64,000 nucleotides of DNA from Elsinoe ampelina. Taxonomy: Eukaryota. Below, one piece after another: positions 10,842 through 24,500 of the stretch. The position numbers and the translations under genes are program-made. How positions within the stretch are numbered: the stretch's first letter is position 1; each line of letters starts with the position of its first letter. The DNA is taken from assembly GCA_010093995.1 (NCBI GenBank), contig ML992504.1:992001-1056000 (forward strand), given 5' to 3'. A model generated the notes under the pieces. That model worked only from the letters and a program-made list of their open reading frames with translations. It had not been told where the DNA came from and did not search any database.

Positions 10842-12545
10842 TCAGAAGCCCAGCACGATTTGTGGTGGCGAGTCCTCGCGCACGGTCGTGGTGGTGGAAA
10901 GTTGGCTGGGTTCACGCTTGGTGCCTGCCAAAGGACGAAGAGGTCTGTTGCCTGCTTGCAGCATTTTGAGATCAAAGTTCTTAAAGTCGAGATTCAAGGT
11001 ATTGGCTGTCAGGGCTTGGATCTCCATGATGTCTGTTGGGGCGGTGGAGTCGACTCGTTGCATGTCTGCTGAAGAGGCATTGCGGGACCCGCTCTGAGTG
11101 GTTAGGCCGGAGGCGGAGGAGTAGGAGGTTCGGTTGGTGCTTGAGCTAAGAGTGGACTTGAGGGGATCGGGAAAGTTGTGGGCCTCGTATGTGGGTGGCT
11201 GTAAAATCCAGTCTTCGAGAATGTCCATCTTATAATTGGGACGGACGTAGCGGCCGTCTGCGATCATGACGCTGCTGTGGCGAGGAGTGTCACCGAGCAG
11301 AATGGGTTGACAGCGCTTGATGTATCTGTAGGTCTGAGCTGCGGTGCGAGGATGAGGGGGCGCCCATTTGCCGTCGGAACCAAAGTTGAGTGCGTAAAGC
11401 TCAGCAATGGTGGGACGCGTGGACTGTGTCGCCTCGGACGATACGAACGACCTCTCCGCATTTGATGCTCCTGATACCGGGCGCTGCGTAGGTGCTTCTT
11501 CGGCGATTGCAGAGAGATCGATGTCCTCTTGATCCTGCTCGGGCGCTGCCAATGGTGCTGTAGAAGTGGTGACCGAGTCCTCCCTGACAGGCTCGAGATT
11601 TGATCTCGTTCGTTGAAGTGCATTCTCTGCATTGCCCCTCATCGAAGGATAAGCTGCGAGCAGTCTACGCTGTTCCTCAATGAAGCGTGGATCGCTCATG
11701 TCGTTTGCTGTGACCTCGCGTTGTTGGCGTCTCCGACGGCGTGGCATTGTGCATTGCCGGGGTAGTGTCCGCTCATCGAGTGCGGGTGCAATGTCGATAC
11801 CCGCTGAAATGTGGTTGACCCATGACATGATCTGCTCCTCAGCCTGATATGTGAGAACAAACTGGTCGAGCTCGGAACGAAGGCGTAGACCGTAATGTCT
11901 ATCGACGCGAAACAATTCAGGATCCTTCTCGTGTGCCTTCTTCCTAGCCATGGGTGGGATGAGGGTAGCCAATCGACATGTCGGAACAAGCACACAATGT
12001 GTGATGTCCGGTGCCATTCCGACTTCAGCGTGCTGTAATGTGTATTTTCTGAGAACTCTTCCGGGGGTGAATATTTGTTGTTTCCCTACGATTGTCGTCT
12101 TCAACTTGTGGATGATGAGAATGGTGCCTTGCAGTACGACGTATACTGCTCGCCATTCTTGGAATGGTAATATTAAAAACGGTGAGCACGACTCAAGTCG
12201 CATCTGCATTGGACCCTCCTTGAACACCGAGCACGTGTACTTTGGAAGCACCTCGCGTCCACGGTCCCAGTGTCGTGGTGAAGGAGGAAATCGTGCTTGA
12301 TGTACTGCATTCGTGTATGATGGCGGAGCGTCGTTTGAAATGGCACACCTCGAAGAGAACTGGTTGTAGTAACTTGTGACCCTTCGTTCCGTGGTTCCAT
12401 TCCTCCTGCTGCTACTCCGTCCAGGTCTGAGCTCTCTGCAACTTGCTGGTAGGAATCCGGCTTGCTCTAGACCGAGAATGGATAATGCCATGGGCGAGAG
12501 GTGTGAGCTGTGGGCAGCGCTATCTGCCTCTGTGTTGGAAGGCAT
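10842..12545 (-). CDS. Fungal PH-domain protein (YHR131C/YNL144C-like)
   Basis: Long intronless ORF with PPSY and LPKYTCSV motifs, then a PH-like core WRAVYVVLQGT...YTLQHAEVG...LRLRSELDQF...WVNHISAGIDIA. Confidence 0.75.
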   Translation of the reverse strand: MPSNTEADSAAHSSHLSPMALSILGLEQAGFLPASCRELRPGRSSSRRNGTTERRVTSYYNQFSSRCAISNDAPPSYTNAVHQARFPPSPRHWDRGREVLPKYTCSVFKEGPMQMRLESCSPFLILPFQEWRAVYVVLQGTILIIHKLKTTIVGKQQIFTPGRVLRKYTLQHAEVGMAPDITHCVLVPTCRLATLIPPMARKKAHEKDPELFRVDRHYGLRLRSELDQFVLTYQAEEQIMSWVNHISAGIDIAPALDERTLPRQCTMPRRRRRQQREVTANDMSDPRFIEEQRRLLAAYPSMRGNAENALQRTRSNLEPVREDSVTTSTAPLAAPEQDQEDIDLSAIAEEAPTQRPVSGASNAERSFVSSEATQSTRPTIAELYALNFGSDGKWAPPHPRTAAQTYRYIKRCQPILLGDTPRHSSVMIADGRYVRPNYKMDILEDWILQPPTYEAHNFPDPLKSTLSSSTNRTSYSSASGLTTQSGSRNASSADMQRVDSTAPTDIMEIQALTANTLNLDFKNFDLKMLQAGNRPLRPLAGTKREPSQLSTTTTVREDSPPQIVLGF

Positions 12546-14437
12546 GTTTGCGAGGGTCTGTAGATACCAATGCCGTTGTAGTGTCAATCTATCTGCCTCT
12601 TTCAGTCCCAGTTCAAATTAGAACTGACTGTCTCCGAACTTGCTGCGAGAAGTGTATTGAAGGTAAAATAGACAGACGCTGATATGTAGGTTGTCCGGCA
12701 AACAAAGTCGACCCGCGAGATAAGGAGGAAAGGCCAGAGTCGAACAAATGACCGTTGGAAAGGGAGACGTTTGCTGGTGCACGTCAAGAGCGAGTGTATG
12801 TACTTTGAAGGGAGAGTTGAGGTTTCTTGCGGCGGGACGGAGTGGGAGAGGACGTTATCAACGGCGGTAGCGTGTGGGCGTTTTTGGATTCGGCCAGGAG
12901 CGTGTGAAGGCGAGTCGAGGCTGATTTGTTGCTTTGACTGCTGTAGGTGTGCGGCGTGGTTCACCCCTGGCGTGGATTGTAATGCAGCATCTAGGGCCTT
13001 GGGCCTTTTGGATGCAGGAAGCGGATGCGACTAATAGGGTGGAGAAATGGAGAAGCAGGACCACGAGGCAGCGATCCGCTAGCCGAAGCTCTTGTTTTCG
13101 ACAGGACGAGTTTAGTGTCGCAGTCCTTGCAGCAAATGGGCACTCTGGAACTTGTTACCGCCGGGATTGGCTGAACTGGCTGAACTGGCTGACCTTGACT
13201 GGTCCTTGAGTCCTTGACTAGTCTGACTGGGGCCGGGCCCGCGAGTCTGTTGGCAAACCCTGGCACCTGTTCACGCCTTGTTCACGCCTGTTCGCGCGCG
13301 GAATAGCAACACCAAGCCTGTTCAAGCTACGGATCGTCTCTGCGTCGACCAGGAGGACTCGTGGGGATCTGCGGTGCTGTTGATCTACTGTGTTGATGGA
13401 CGTGTGGAGAAGCAAATAAACCGTCTTGATTGATGCTGATTGCTGCCAAAGTGACACCTCTATTGACCAGCACAGTAAATCACCCAATTTCGAATCGTGT
13501 CTCGCTCAAACAAGGGACAATCAAGGGCGGGCGCCGAAAGATTTTCTTCAATCTTTTTTGGTTCGCGCCTCACTCGAGTCCTTGTTCATGTGCGTGTGCC
13601 ACATTTGTCCTTCGCCCAATCCTTCCCTCGCCAATGTCTTCTCAGTCGCTTCTGGCGTGCAGCCACATGCGCTTGAAACACAATCGAAGCTACTCAAAAC
13701 CATTGCTTCCTTTGTCGTCTGACACGCGGCATGTCAAAGTACACTCTCAGGCTATTCTTCAATCTGTATCGATTCTCCTGCGACAAACATCCGACACGCG
13801 TGTCTGCCGCCATACACACAGTATAGGCGTTGACTGCCACCTCTTGCATAGGCCGTTGATTCTCCACCGGTCGGTAATCAAGCTGAATGTCTCACCTCGT
13901 GGTCATCTGTGCCGACCATTCTTTGTCTCTTCGCCACAATTTACGCCACGGCTTGTTTTGTTAGATCTCAGTCGCAAAATTTCTGCAATTGCGTCTCTGA
14001 CGCGAGAGAGTCCCGTGGTACATTCCTTGTCTGCAGTGGAGAATGACCAAAGTCCCATGTGTCAAAGTGTCTCATTTGGACGCGCCTGATCGCGTCTGAC
14101 GAGTAGAATTTCTTTTTCGTTCCAGAAATTTGCCAGAATAAGTCCACTCGACCTACCCTGCTCAGACATTCTTTCCCGATTCGACTGTCATGATCTTATC
14201 AAGGATAGAATGGAGATATAGCTAACACTGCTTCGTTGCAAGTGCCGCCAGGTTCGTGCTCGACTGCAACGGCGTGCTCTGCCCAGGCTGCTGATTGCTG
14301 CTGGCCACGCCCAATGTGCTGCTTATGCAGCTGTAGGCGGGGTCAGACTCAGTCAGGGGTAGGTGCAGTCTGTCGACGCATAAGCGGACAACGAGACGGT
14401 GTGTGATCGCTTGGTGTGCCAATCTCCCGCATGCTCT

Positions 14438-15153
14438 TCAATCAGCTGGTCGCATTTCCACGTCCAGATCCACAGTAGCCTTCGTCAGGGCTTGCATCTC
14501 ATGCGGCGAGAGTATCTCCAAGCTTGCATCGATGTCTTGCACCACTTGCTCCACTGACTCGACGATGTGATTGATCTCCGACCTCTGAGCGGTCAGCTTC
14601 TTGAGAAGTTCGCCATTATTCGATTGCAGGCTCTGAAGCTGATCCCGAAGCTCTGTCTGTCGGGACTGGAGTGTGGGATGGAGGTGTGCCAGATACAGTG
14701 ACCTTGCGGGTAACGTGTGAGGACTATCCAAGGTCAATCCTGCATTCCATCTCCATTCCGCCATATCTGAACTTACGGCAACGGAGCACCGACGTTGTTC
14801 CCTTTTGCGTCCGCCTGCGCCTTTGCTCTTCGCTTGCGGGCCTCGTCTACAAGTCGGTCCAAGTCGTTCAAAGATGACACAACATTTCGCTCCCGCAATA
14901 TGTCCTCAAATTGCTTTCGGCATCGATCGCCCAGTCTGTCCACAAATTGCTTGTGCAAGGCTTCGAGAGCCTCTGGCACGTTCTTCGTCGTCGTTGGGAA
15001 GCAGGCTGAAAAGTTCTCATAGCTGCATGAGTCCATCGTATGTGATATAGCTTCATCGTAGATTTTGGTTAGCATCGCAGCTCGGGGTCCAGGAGTTGCT
15101 AGCACAGGCGGCGCATTCACCGGCGACGGCGAGCGCGAGCCGGAAGCGGCCAT
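14438..15153 (-). CDS. NNF1: Kinetochore MIND/Mis12 complex subunit Nnf1
   Basis: PGPRA...SYENFSACFPT...FEDILRERNVVSSLNDLDRLVDEA. Intron 14724-14776 (GTAAGT...TAG) joins to PHTLPA..LYLAHL and a C-terminal coiled coil. Confidence 0.85.
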
Positions 15154-15361
15154 ATCAGACCTTGGATAGTTCAGCAAGTGTCGCGAAGCGTGTGGCCTTG
15201 GTTGTCGCGTGTCGAAAGGAAGACGGATGTCTGTTTACAGATCAGCGAAGCCCCACGTTCCGACCACGCCTTGGCGTTCCCCGCCGAAATTTGCCGCTCT
15301 TTAGCATTTTGCTTCCTTGCATCTACTCACATCGCTCGATTACATCTCATCGGAACACTGC

Positions 15362-16429
15362 ATGCAGTCATTGCAACATGGATCGAGGGCGACGGCCTTC
15401 CTGGTGACCTGGACCGCAAGGTACTGTTGTCCTGCCAATGCTAGGTCATGGCAAGCGGAGCTCTGGATCGCAAGGCGAAGGCTACATCAGTCGACAGCAT
15501 GGCAAAAGAAGCGGCCTCCAAGTGCTGTAATTTCAGCCACTAGATCCCGCACGTCCGATCCGTCGACAGTGCATAAGCATGCCTCGCCATCAAGTCAGGC
15601 CCATACTCATCCGGTACCAACGCCTCCTCAAAGTGTCAAACCAACACCTATCCAAGCTGGGCCTTCGAAAGTCAAGGGACCCTCACGTGTTGCTGGCACC
15701 GTAGCTTCTTCTGCTCAGCAAGTCTCGCGATGGCAGAAGTACTCCGAAGACTACTGGATCGATCTGGCGAAAGTCGCCGAACCAGTTGTGCTCTACCGAG
15801 CTCCGTCACATACACAACTGAAGCTTATGGGTGCTGGTTCCTTGATCTCATGTGTCTGCATAGCCAAGTTCACCTTCGGACCGTATGCTCAATTCGCTGG
15901 TAGCAACACCGTCATGCTTGCTGGGGGAGGTCTCGTCTCGGCCTTCTGGTTGGCCATGGGAACTTACTTATTCATCGCCCCTCAGAAGATGATCAGATCA
16001 ATCTCGGCCGTTCCTGAGAAGACAGCTTCGATGAACCCAGATACAGGCCCCAGTCTGCAGATTGAGTTTGAGCCCACTCTACCGTTCATGCCGCCAAAAT
16101 CCATCGTGGTGTCAGCTCTGGAACTGTCACGCGATGCTCCAATCGAGCAGGCAGTGCACAGCATGCTGAAAGCGCGTCAGCAAGAAAAGCTTAGGTTCAG
16201 TTGGGGAAAAGCTTTCTTTATCAGGATGCGATCCATCCTCTTCGACTTCATCACACTCTTCACAAGGACATCCTTTGTGTATATTAAGATGCCAGGCAGG
16301 GGAGGAAATGGCAAGGTCGAGCTTCCTGGGGCATTGAATTATGATCGTGGAAAGGCGTTGGAGCAGGTCTTGCGGTACGATGAATCGAAGAAGACTACAT
16401 TTAGGAAGATGTTCTTCACCCGACGTTAG
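15362..16429 (+). CDS. Hypothetical two-TM membrane protein, probably mitochondrial
   Basis: About 355-aa ORF with a basic N-terminus, VVLYRAPSH followed by two hydrophobic helices and PQKMIRSISAVP; divergent from NNF1; start codon uncertain. Confidence 0.6.
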   Translation: MQSLQHGSRATAFLVTWTARYCCPANARSWQAELWIARRRLHQSTAWQKKRPPSAVISATRSRTSDPSTVHKHASPSSQAHTHPVPTPPQSVKPTPIQAGPSKVKGPSRVAGTVASSAQQVSRWQKYSEDYWIDLAKVAEPVVLYRAPSHTQLKLMGAGSLISCVCIAKFTFGPYAQFAGSNTVMLAGGGLVSAFWLAMGTYLFIAPQKMIRSISAVPEKTASMNPDTGPSLQIEFEPTLPFMPPKSIVVSALELSRDAPIEQAVHSMLKARQQEKLRFSWGKAFFIRMRSILFDFITLFTRTSFVYIKMPGRGGNGKVELPGALNYDRGKALEQVLRYDESKKTTFRKMFFTRR

Positions 16430-17206
16430 CCGAAGCTGGAGGTCAAAATCGTACAATATTGTATACACTCGAGACATATAATCGTCTCATAGCGATACCT
16501 GTGCTGCACCTCATTGCATGGATAGCTGTTGGCTCTGAAACGCCAAGAATCCCAGCGTGGTTGAAAGTTGTCCACTCAGCTTTGACGCCACTTCCTTTCC
16601 ACGACAACACGCGCCAGGGCTCCATGAATAGATGAAACTGCCGCACGTCCTCGATCTGTCGGACCACATTTCATCTTCTGACGAGACGGCCTCGACCATG
16701 ACCACTGACGCGCTGTCGAATCGCAGCCACTCACACGCCAAACAAAGATCCCTCTTGAGACCCAGCGCCCGGCCTCACGATCCCCTCGACCTCTTGATGA
16801 CCATCCAGTCGACCTTTGCACGACCTTATGCAGCGCTTCGAGACACTGATATTCCGTCTCGAATTACAAGCGCCTACATGTATGTTGTTATTACCAGTGG
16901 TTGTTGCTTCGTCCTCTGCAGTGACTCGATCTGCTCTCAAGCCAATAAGTACACCCTGGGCTTCCTCAAGGCCTCCTAGATCCCTCCCCTGGTTAGAAGA
17001 ACACAGGATTCCATTCCCTTTCATCCCTCCGACAGTTCCCTCGTTATCCAGGTGTCGTTCTCGTACCCTTTTGTACTGCATCTCTTTCCCTTTTGTAACA
17101 CAGCGTCCCACGCCATACATTCGTTCCCCACTTTCAGCCTTCTCGAGCCAGCCTCGACACTAGCGTTACGATCGCCATCAGCTTTACCGAATATTGACAG
17201 ACAGTC

Positions 17207-18053
17207 ATGCTTTCAGACAATCGACTTCGCAGGACGTCGTCGACAACTAATGCTTCATCGGGAACCGAGACGGTAGAGAGCCGGCACTCTAGAGAAGGGT
17301 CGAGGGGCTCATCGACAGCAGCTTCAGCATGGACAGCTGCGGATGATGATGTACTTGCATCTGCAAGAGCAGCAGGCATGAATTGGCAGCCCATCGCCAT
17401 TCGCTTCTTCCCGACCAAGTCTGCCAATGCATGTAGGAAGCGGCATGAAAGATTAATGGAGAGGAGATATCAAGAGGAGTGGGAGCAGGACAGGCTCGAA
17501 GAGCTTGCTACGGCCTACTTCGACTGTCGAAAGGAGATGTGGGCCATCCTAGGAGAACGACTGGGCGAGAGATGGGGTTTGGTCGAGGGCAAGGTAGGGT
17601 CATCACCCCCGGCCTGACTGATGTATGCTGACAGGTCACCAGTGCATGGAGAAGGGGTTAAAGAATCTACAGACCATCGCCCGAGCATCCCAAAGGAAGC
17701 GAGTTCGGCTCAGCGATGGAGAGGATATCAAGTCCGAACGCGATCATGAAGACGATTCTGGTGTTGGGCTTTCGGATGCAGAAATTGAGATGGGCGCAAG
17801 TCACAGGCCCTCATCAGCGTCGACTGTGGGAACCAAGCGATCGCTATCATCGAGCCCGGTGGAATCACGCCGTCGCCCACCAGAACTACCACTCTACCAG
17901 CCTCCAGCTTCTGTAATGCCTAGAAGCGGGCCGACTACATTCATCACCTCTACTTCGGTTACTTCACGCCCGTTACAAGACGCGAAGACCGCCGCACCTT
18001 TTATCCAGCGAGACATACTCAGCATCCAGTCTATCCTATCTCCGGCAGACTAG
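17207..18053 (+). CDS. Myb/SANT-like DNA-binding protein
   Basis: WTAADDDVL..ARAAGMNWQPIAIRFFPTKSANACRKRHERLM. Intron 17594-17642 (GTAGGG...CTGAC...CAG) joins to CMEKGLKNL; C-terminal SIQSIL. An upstream exon near 16632-16879 is possible. Confidence 0.8.
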
Positions 18054-18748
18054 GACGAAGCGGGACGAATTTAATGAAAATGTGTTACGATTAAACGTAG
18101 ACTGTGCATCATCAATGGTTAGCTTAATATAGAAAGGGTTGGGGCAAAAATCAAGCATCAAAGACGGGCAGTTCAGTACGTGGAACAAGCATCGAGCCAA
18201 GCACGAAAGTGGAGGCCCGCGACGCAAAAGGGGCACGCCGCAACCTCCGAAGACGAATGCCCACTCACAGCGCTGCCAAATGCCGATTTCCTCCCTGCAA
18301 GCCCCGGCCGGATCAAAAGTGAGATCAGTGGATTGCCCGGAGTGCCAAATCTTTTTCCTCAATCATGATACAACTCTCTCATAGCAATTGCTGACGCCTC
18401 ATTTCCTCCCATTGCGCGTCGCCCGGCGTTTCAGCGGGTGTGGCCACGTCGTCGTATTCATCCCTTATGCCCTCCGGTCTGCGTCAGCTCCGGCTGAGTC
18501 GAGGGCAGAGACAGGGCCAACTCCCATTTCGGCGAGCCAACGAGTGTGCATCACCCTTTCATGCCCCGGCCAGGCGTCTAGCCTTTACTTCTTCATTCCA
18601 ATCTTGTCTATTTACACTCGCCGCCCGCAGGGCTCGCTCGACACCTTCTTTTGCCTTTGTCCTGCCTTTAAATTGGTCCCACCTCGCTCATTCGGCACGT
18701 CAGCCTCTCCTTTTCCCCTCCTCGACTCGAGCTACTGGAAAGACAACA

Positions 18749-20047
18749 ATGGGTGCAGACCTCGAGATTAAGCCGGCGCATGTGCGGACACACATGGGAC
18801 ACTCGCATGGCCATGGGCATCATCATCATCACGATACCACATACCTCACCAGCACGAATAAGGATGACCCGGGGGTCAAGATCACAAGAGTCGGGCTGTA
18901 CGTGAATGTTGGAATGGCAATAGGCAAGGGCATTGGTGGCTATGCATTCAACTCGCAAGCGTGAGCCATACTTGGAATTGAAAGACTGAAGGACTCGAGC
19001 TGACTCGAGACCAGATTGACCGCAGATGCCATCCACTCGCTCACAGATCTGATCTCCGACTTCATGACATTGGCCACCATCTCATATTCCCTCCGCTCAC
19101 CAACTTCGAGATTCCCGCAAGGCTACGGCAAGATTGAGTCTTTGGGAGCCTTGGCTGTGTCGGGCATATTGCTCTCGGGAGGTATCATGATTGGTCTATC
19201 AGCGGTCATGGCGCTCACACAACAATTCTTCCCGGACATAGCGCACTTCCTGGCCAATCTGGGTTTACTGGCACACATCCACGACCACGGTCATGGAGCG
19301 GAAGATCTGGGACCAAACATCAATGCCGCCTGGTTGGCCGGCGGGAGCATTCTGATCAAGGAGTGGCTATACCGAGCGACGATGAAGGTTGCCGAGGAGA
19401 AGAAGAGTAGCGTGCTGGCAAGCAATGCATACCACCATCGTGTCGACAGCTTGACTGCTTTCGTTGCGCTTCTCACCATATCCGCCAGCCACTTCATCAC
19501 CAATGCTCAGTGGCTGGACCCAATTGGCGGACTCGTCATCTCCGGTATGATTGTGCAAGCTGGCATACAAAACACCAAAGCTGCACTACTCGAGTTGGCA
19601 GATGTCGGGATCGAGGATGAGATTCGCGTAAGTGTCCAAGAGGCGGCCGAGTCAGCCTTGTCAGGAACCGATGCGAAGATCTCGGAAATCCAAGGTGTGA
19701 AGAGTGGGCAGAACTTCCTTCTTGAGGTTGCTGTTGCAGTGCCAGAGACGTCCACGCTGCGCGATCAACGAGTTCTGGAAGATAGGATCCGAGAGGCAGT
19801 GGCGAAGAAAGTCAAGGGAGCGAAGCGGGTGTCGGTCCACTTTATCGCTACCAAGGATGCGGACAAGGGGTTTTCTCAGGAATTTCTCTCTTTCAACCCC
19901 GATGAGACTCTGGACCATGACCACGGGCATGAGCACGAGCACGAGCATGATCACAAGCATGACCAAATGCGCTTGCATGATTCACCCATGCAGTCCGAGT
20001 TCAGGAAACGGGATCTGGCGAATGGGACGCAAGAGAGGAAGCGTTGA
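18749..20047 (+). CDS. MMT2: Mitochondrial cation diffusion facilitator (Mmt1/Mmt2-like metal transporter)
   Basis: His-rich N-terminus; ADAIHSLTDLISD, YGKIESLG and SNAYHHRVDSLT motifs; intron 18961-19014. An in-frame upstream ATG at 18467 could add a targeting peptide. Confidence 0.85.
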
Positions 20048-21579
20048 GGCTGATACTCTGTCCTATTCTTGTCTTGCCCTATATCAGTACCAGGCTGATG
20101 GTGCGAGGTGATAAGAATCGTCGCTCGCGTGGAGGAAGGGCAGGCCCCGGTTCCCGGCAAGGCGGAGATGGCTTTCCAGGGTTTAGCACCGCCCGAGTCG
20201 TGCTCATTCGCAACCCAAAGTCAGATTCGCTCAGCATTGCAGCCGCGATGCTCACATGGTCGATCGGCGGCGAAAGGCAATCATCGATTACTACTGCAGA
20301 ATTCGGCCACGGCTGAAGCATGGGATGTGTGCCTCGTGCATGGTCACGCACGGGCAGGACTGCCGAGTCCACGAACGACTGCTCATTTATTACGTGAGTT
20401 GCATGACATGGGTCGGCTAGACTCTCGGTGTTGGACTTGCGAAGGAGTCCGAGAGAATGAAGAAAGGGCAGTTCGCAGGATGACAGAGCCTCTCGATCGG
20501 GCCGTTCAGACGGTCCAGGAACAACAGGGCTTCAACGGTAGATCTGGCGCATTTTAACCACGCATGGACAAAGTTTTTGTCGACGATCTGCCTGCAGGGG
20601 TGTGACTTTCAACGAAGAAGGTACAATGTCAGACTAAGAGCATAGTACGTCCAAATACATTTACCAATCTCACAAATTCTGCGATGTTCACTGTCAGGAC
20701 CGTAGACATTCTTCTTTCTAGATGACCATTACCTCGATGAGCCAAAGATCAAAGTCCGTCTTGCCGGAATGCACATGCCAGTCAAAATTCGCGCATACAA
20801 TTTTGAGATTGAGGGTTTGAGGGGGCTGAGGCTGTGTATGTCGCAAAGGGTGATGAGCTGTTGTCAAACCTCTCCACTGTTTTCTGTCTAGCTGCAAACA
20901 GCAACGTCCTGCCTCCAAAATCGCGCATACACAAACCCCTTCAACCTCGCCCGACTGGTGGGAGAAAATCGCGCAATGGCAGATTGAAACCCAGAGCATT
21001 GATGGACAAAGCCATTTGACAATTTTACCTTCTGCAGACCGCTACAGCGACCCTTTCCAGGACCGCCTACGACCCAACTCCGAATGTGGGAGCCAATGCC
21101 GTTATTTGCCTCACGTACTCACACCTGTTTGTATCTCTGCGCATTCACGGCTGCAGCTCCGTCCTGTAGCATCGCAGTGAAGCCTTACTGCGTCTGATCT
21201 CCACCAGCCGTTCGCTCGCTTCAATGCCACGCTGTCAAACGTGCTTCGCGCTGCTTCACCCTGCTTCGCCTGACCCTTTGCCCCGTTCGCCGGGCAGGTT
21301 GTTGCTTGATCCGGACTGGTATCGCCCACCATTGCCTCACGGCATTGGATCAGCATGCTTATCTCACACGTGCGGTTCCGTCGCCGCAGAGCGTTGATGG
21401 AGCTGTGGTAAATTTGAGCGCGCACACGTGAGGACCCTCAGGCTGTGTGTGTATACCCATAAATTCCTGACCATCCCTGCACCCTCTTTTCTTTCTCTAC
21501 CTCTTCCTTCTGCCTCTTTCAATCCTTTGCCCTCTATCTCTTCAATTGGGTGTTTTCTCACTCGCCCAAACCCTTCACA

Positions 21580-24500
21580 ATGGCGGAACCCAAGCTCTCC
21601 AACATTGACATTGAGCGTGCAGACGCCACTGTCACCACCCCTGGCAAGCCTGGCAAAATCACATTCGCCGACGACGATGACCTCGCCCTACGTCGGCGCG
21701 TGTCACGCAGAGACTCGATCGACTCAATGTCAATACACACGATACGACAGCGAAGAAGCATTGATCCCAGCATCGCTCTCCCTCCTCATTTCAGGACACT
21801 GTGCGTTTCGCGCCCTCCATCTCCACCACCATCTCAGCTCACACATCCAGATCCTTCAACATCGAACACAGCAAAAGCAAATTCGACGAGGCGCGGTCAG
21901 AACGAAGCAGCAAGAAGAAAAAGGACAAGAGTGGCGCGGAAATCGGTACGCGTCGATCAACGCCCCCTCCAACGACACCACCACTAACCACCACCAGACT
22001 TCTCCGAAACAGACTTCCACACCGTCTCCGTCGACGCCATCTACAACCGCTTCTCCTCATCCCCCCAACGCGGCCTCTCAGCAGAGCAAGCCGCGCGCAA
22101 GCTGAAAGAGGTCGGACCCAACATGCCTTCCGCGCCACCCTCGCGCTGGTTCCGCAAGGCAATGACGTACCTCTTCGGCGGCTTCGGGTCGATTCTCTTC
22201 ATCGCTGGTATCCTGGTGTTCATCGCGTGGAAACCCCTCGGTAGTCCGCCTGCGATTGCGAATCTCGCGTTGGCGATCGTGCTGGTGCTGGTCTGGGTGA
22301 TCCAGGCCGGGTTTACGTTTTGGCAAGGTGGGTACTTCCTCGACTGACATAGTAGGGAGTGTGCTGACTGGAAGGAAGATTTCTCCAGTGGTCGCGTCAT
22401 GGCGTCCATCACTACCATGTTGCCAGAGCAATGTATCGTTCTTCGCGATGGAGAGCGCAAGAGCGTCGACGGGAAAGACATTGTTCCTGGTGATGTGCTG
22501 CAGATCAACATGGGTAACAAGCTGCCTGCTGATGTCCGGTTCGTGACTGTGTCTTCGGATGCACGTTTCGATCGATCGATTCTTACTGGTGAGACGGTGC
22601 CTCTGCTTGGTTCTGTCAAGTCGACGGATGACAATTACCTCGAGACTGCTTGTATGGGTCTCGCTGGTACTCACTGTGTTGCTGGTACTGCGGTTGGTGT
22701 GGTGGTGAGCACAGGAGACAAGACTGTCTTTGGACGCGTGAGTATGCCAGAGGCGAAGAGGGTATCGTTGGCTGACGAAGAGTAGATTGCAAAGCTCACG
22801 AGTGCACCCAAGGTGGGCTTGACTCCTCTTCAGCGCGAGATCTTGTACTTTGTCACCATCATCGTTGGTACCATGGTGGTCATGGTCCTGACCGTCATTA
22901 TCGTCTGGTGAGCTATTTCCTAAATCATGTCTGACTGCGCTAACGACGACATCAGGGCTGCATGGCTTCGCAAGGATCATCCTGGTTGGCTCTCCGTCTC
23001 GAATTTGATCATCTCATGCGTTTCTGTCGCAGTCGCCTTTATTCCCGAAGGTCTACCAATCGCTGTTACTGCCAGTCTCACCATCTGCGCAAACATCATG
23101 AGGAAGAACAAGATTCTTTGCAAGTCGCTCAAGACGGTTGAGACGCTGGGCGCTGTCAATGTGATTTGTTCGGACAAGACCGGTACACTTACGAAGGTGC
23201 ATCCGAACGCTTGAGATGATAGGATATATGCTGACTTGCATAGAATCAAATGACTGTCACAGACTACATGGTCGGCCAGCAGACACAGGACGCTCTGAAA
23301 GCTCCCGGTCTCCTGTCCGAGTCGAAGAGCCTGCAGCAGCTTGCAGTCATCTCTGGCATGTGCAACGCGGGTGAATTCGATGCCAGCACCGTCAACCTAC
23401 CAGTCTCTGAACGCAAAGTCAACGGCGACGCCACCGATTCCGCCATTCTACGATTCGCCGAAGGCATGAACCCCGTCGAGAATCTTCGCAAATTCTACCG
23501 CATCATCTTCAAGATCGCCTTCAACAGCAAGAGCAAGTACATGATCCACGTCATTCGGTCAGAGTCGGCCCCAGAGCAAGGTCTGCTCCTCACAATCAAG
23601 GGAGCTCCGGACGTTCTCCTCCCCCGATGTACGCATTACTACGCCAATGATGGGTCAGTGCAAGAGATGGCGGATGAATCTCGCAAGATGGTTGAGAATA
23701 TCAAGGACAGGTGGTCGGCGCAAGGCAAGCGTGTCATCCTACTGGCGAAGAAGCCTTTGGATCACGTCATCTTCAACCCACTGGACCAGCCTCGCGAGTA
23801 CGAGGAGGACATGCAGTCTCGATCTCAGTCTGGGTTGATACTCGTCGGTCTGGTCGCCATCGTCGATCCTCCTCGCCCCGAGATTCCCGAAGTCATCCGT
23901 ATCCTCCGCGGTGCCGGTGTCCGCGTCTTCATGGTCACTGGCGACTTCAAGCTCACTGCTCAGGCAATCGCTCAGCAATGCGGGATCCTCACAGTCCATG
24001 GCTCCGACATTGACGACGTCTCCTGCTTGTCTACCGATGATCTCAACTTCCCGGCAGCCGGCATCAAGGAAGAAGTCGGCTCTCTCGAAGAGAACCCCAA
24101 AGCAATCGTTATCAACGGCCCGGACATCCCCACCCTCGACGAATCCCAATGGGACCGCGTCTGCTCCTACCAAGAAATCGTCTTCGCCCGCACCACCCCG
24201 GAACACAAGCTCCGCATCGTCAAAGAGCTCCAATCCCGCGACCTCACGGTCGGCATGACAGGCGACGGCGTCAACGACGCCCCCTCTCTCAAAGCCGCCG
24301 ACGTGGGCATCGCCATGGGCAGCGGCAGCGACATCGCCATCGAAGCCTCGGACATGGTCCTGCTCGACTCGTTCGCGGCCATCATCGAAGCCCTGCGTTA
24401 CGGCCGCGTGGTGTACGACAACCTCAAGAAGACAATCTGCTACCTCCTCCCTGCAGGCTCTTTCTCCGAGTTCTGGCCGGTCATCACCAACGTCGTCTTC

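Noticed and set aside
13430..14089. 219-aa plus ORF
   Set aside because: Non-ATG start, no motifs, composition typical of intergenic DNA.
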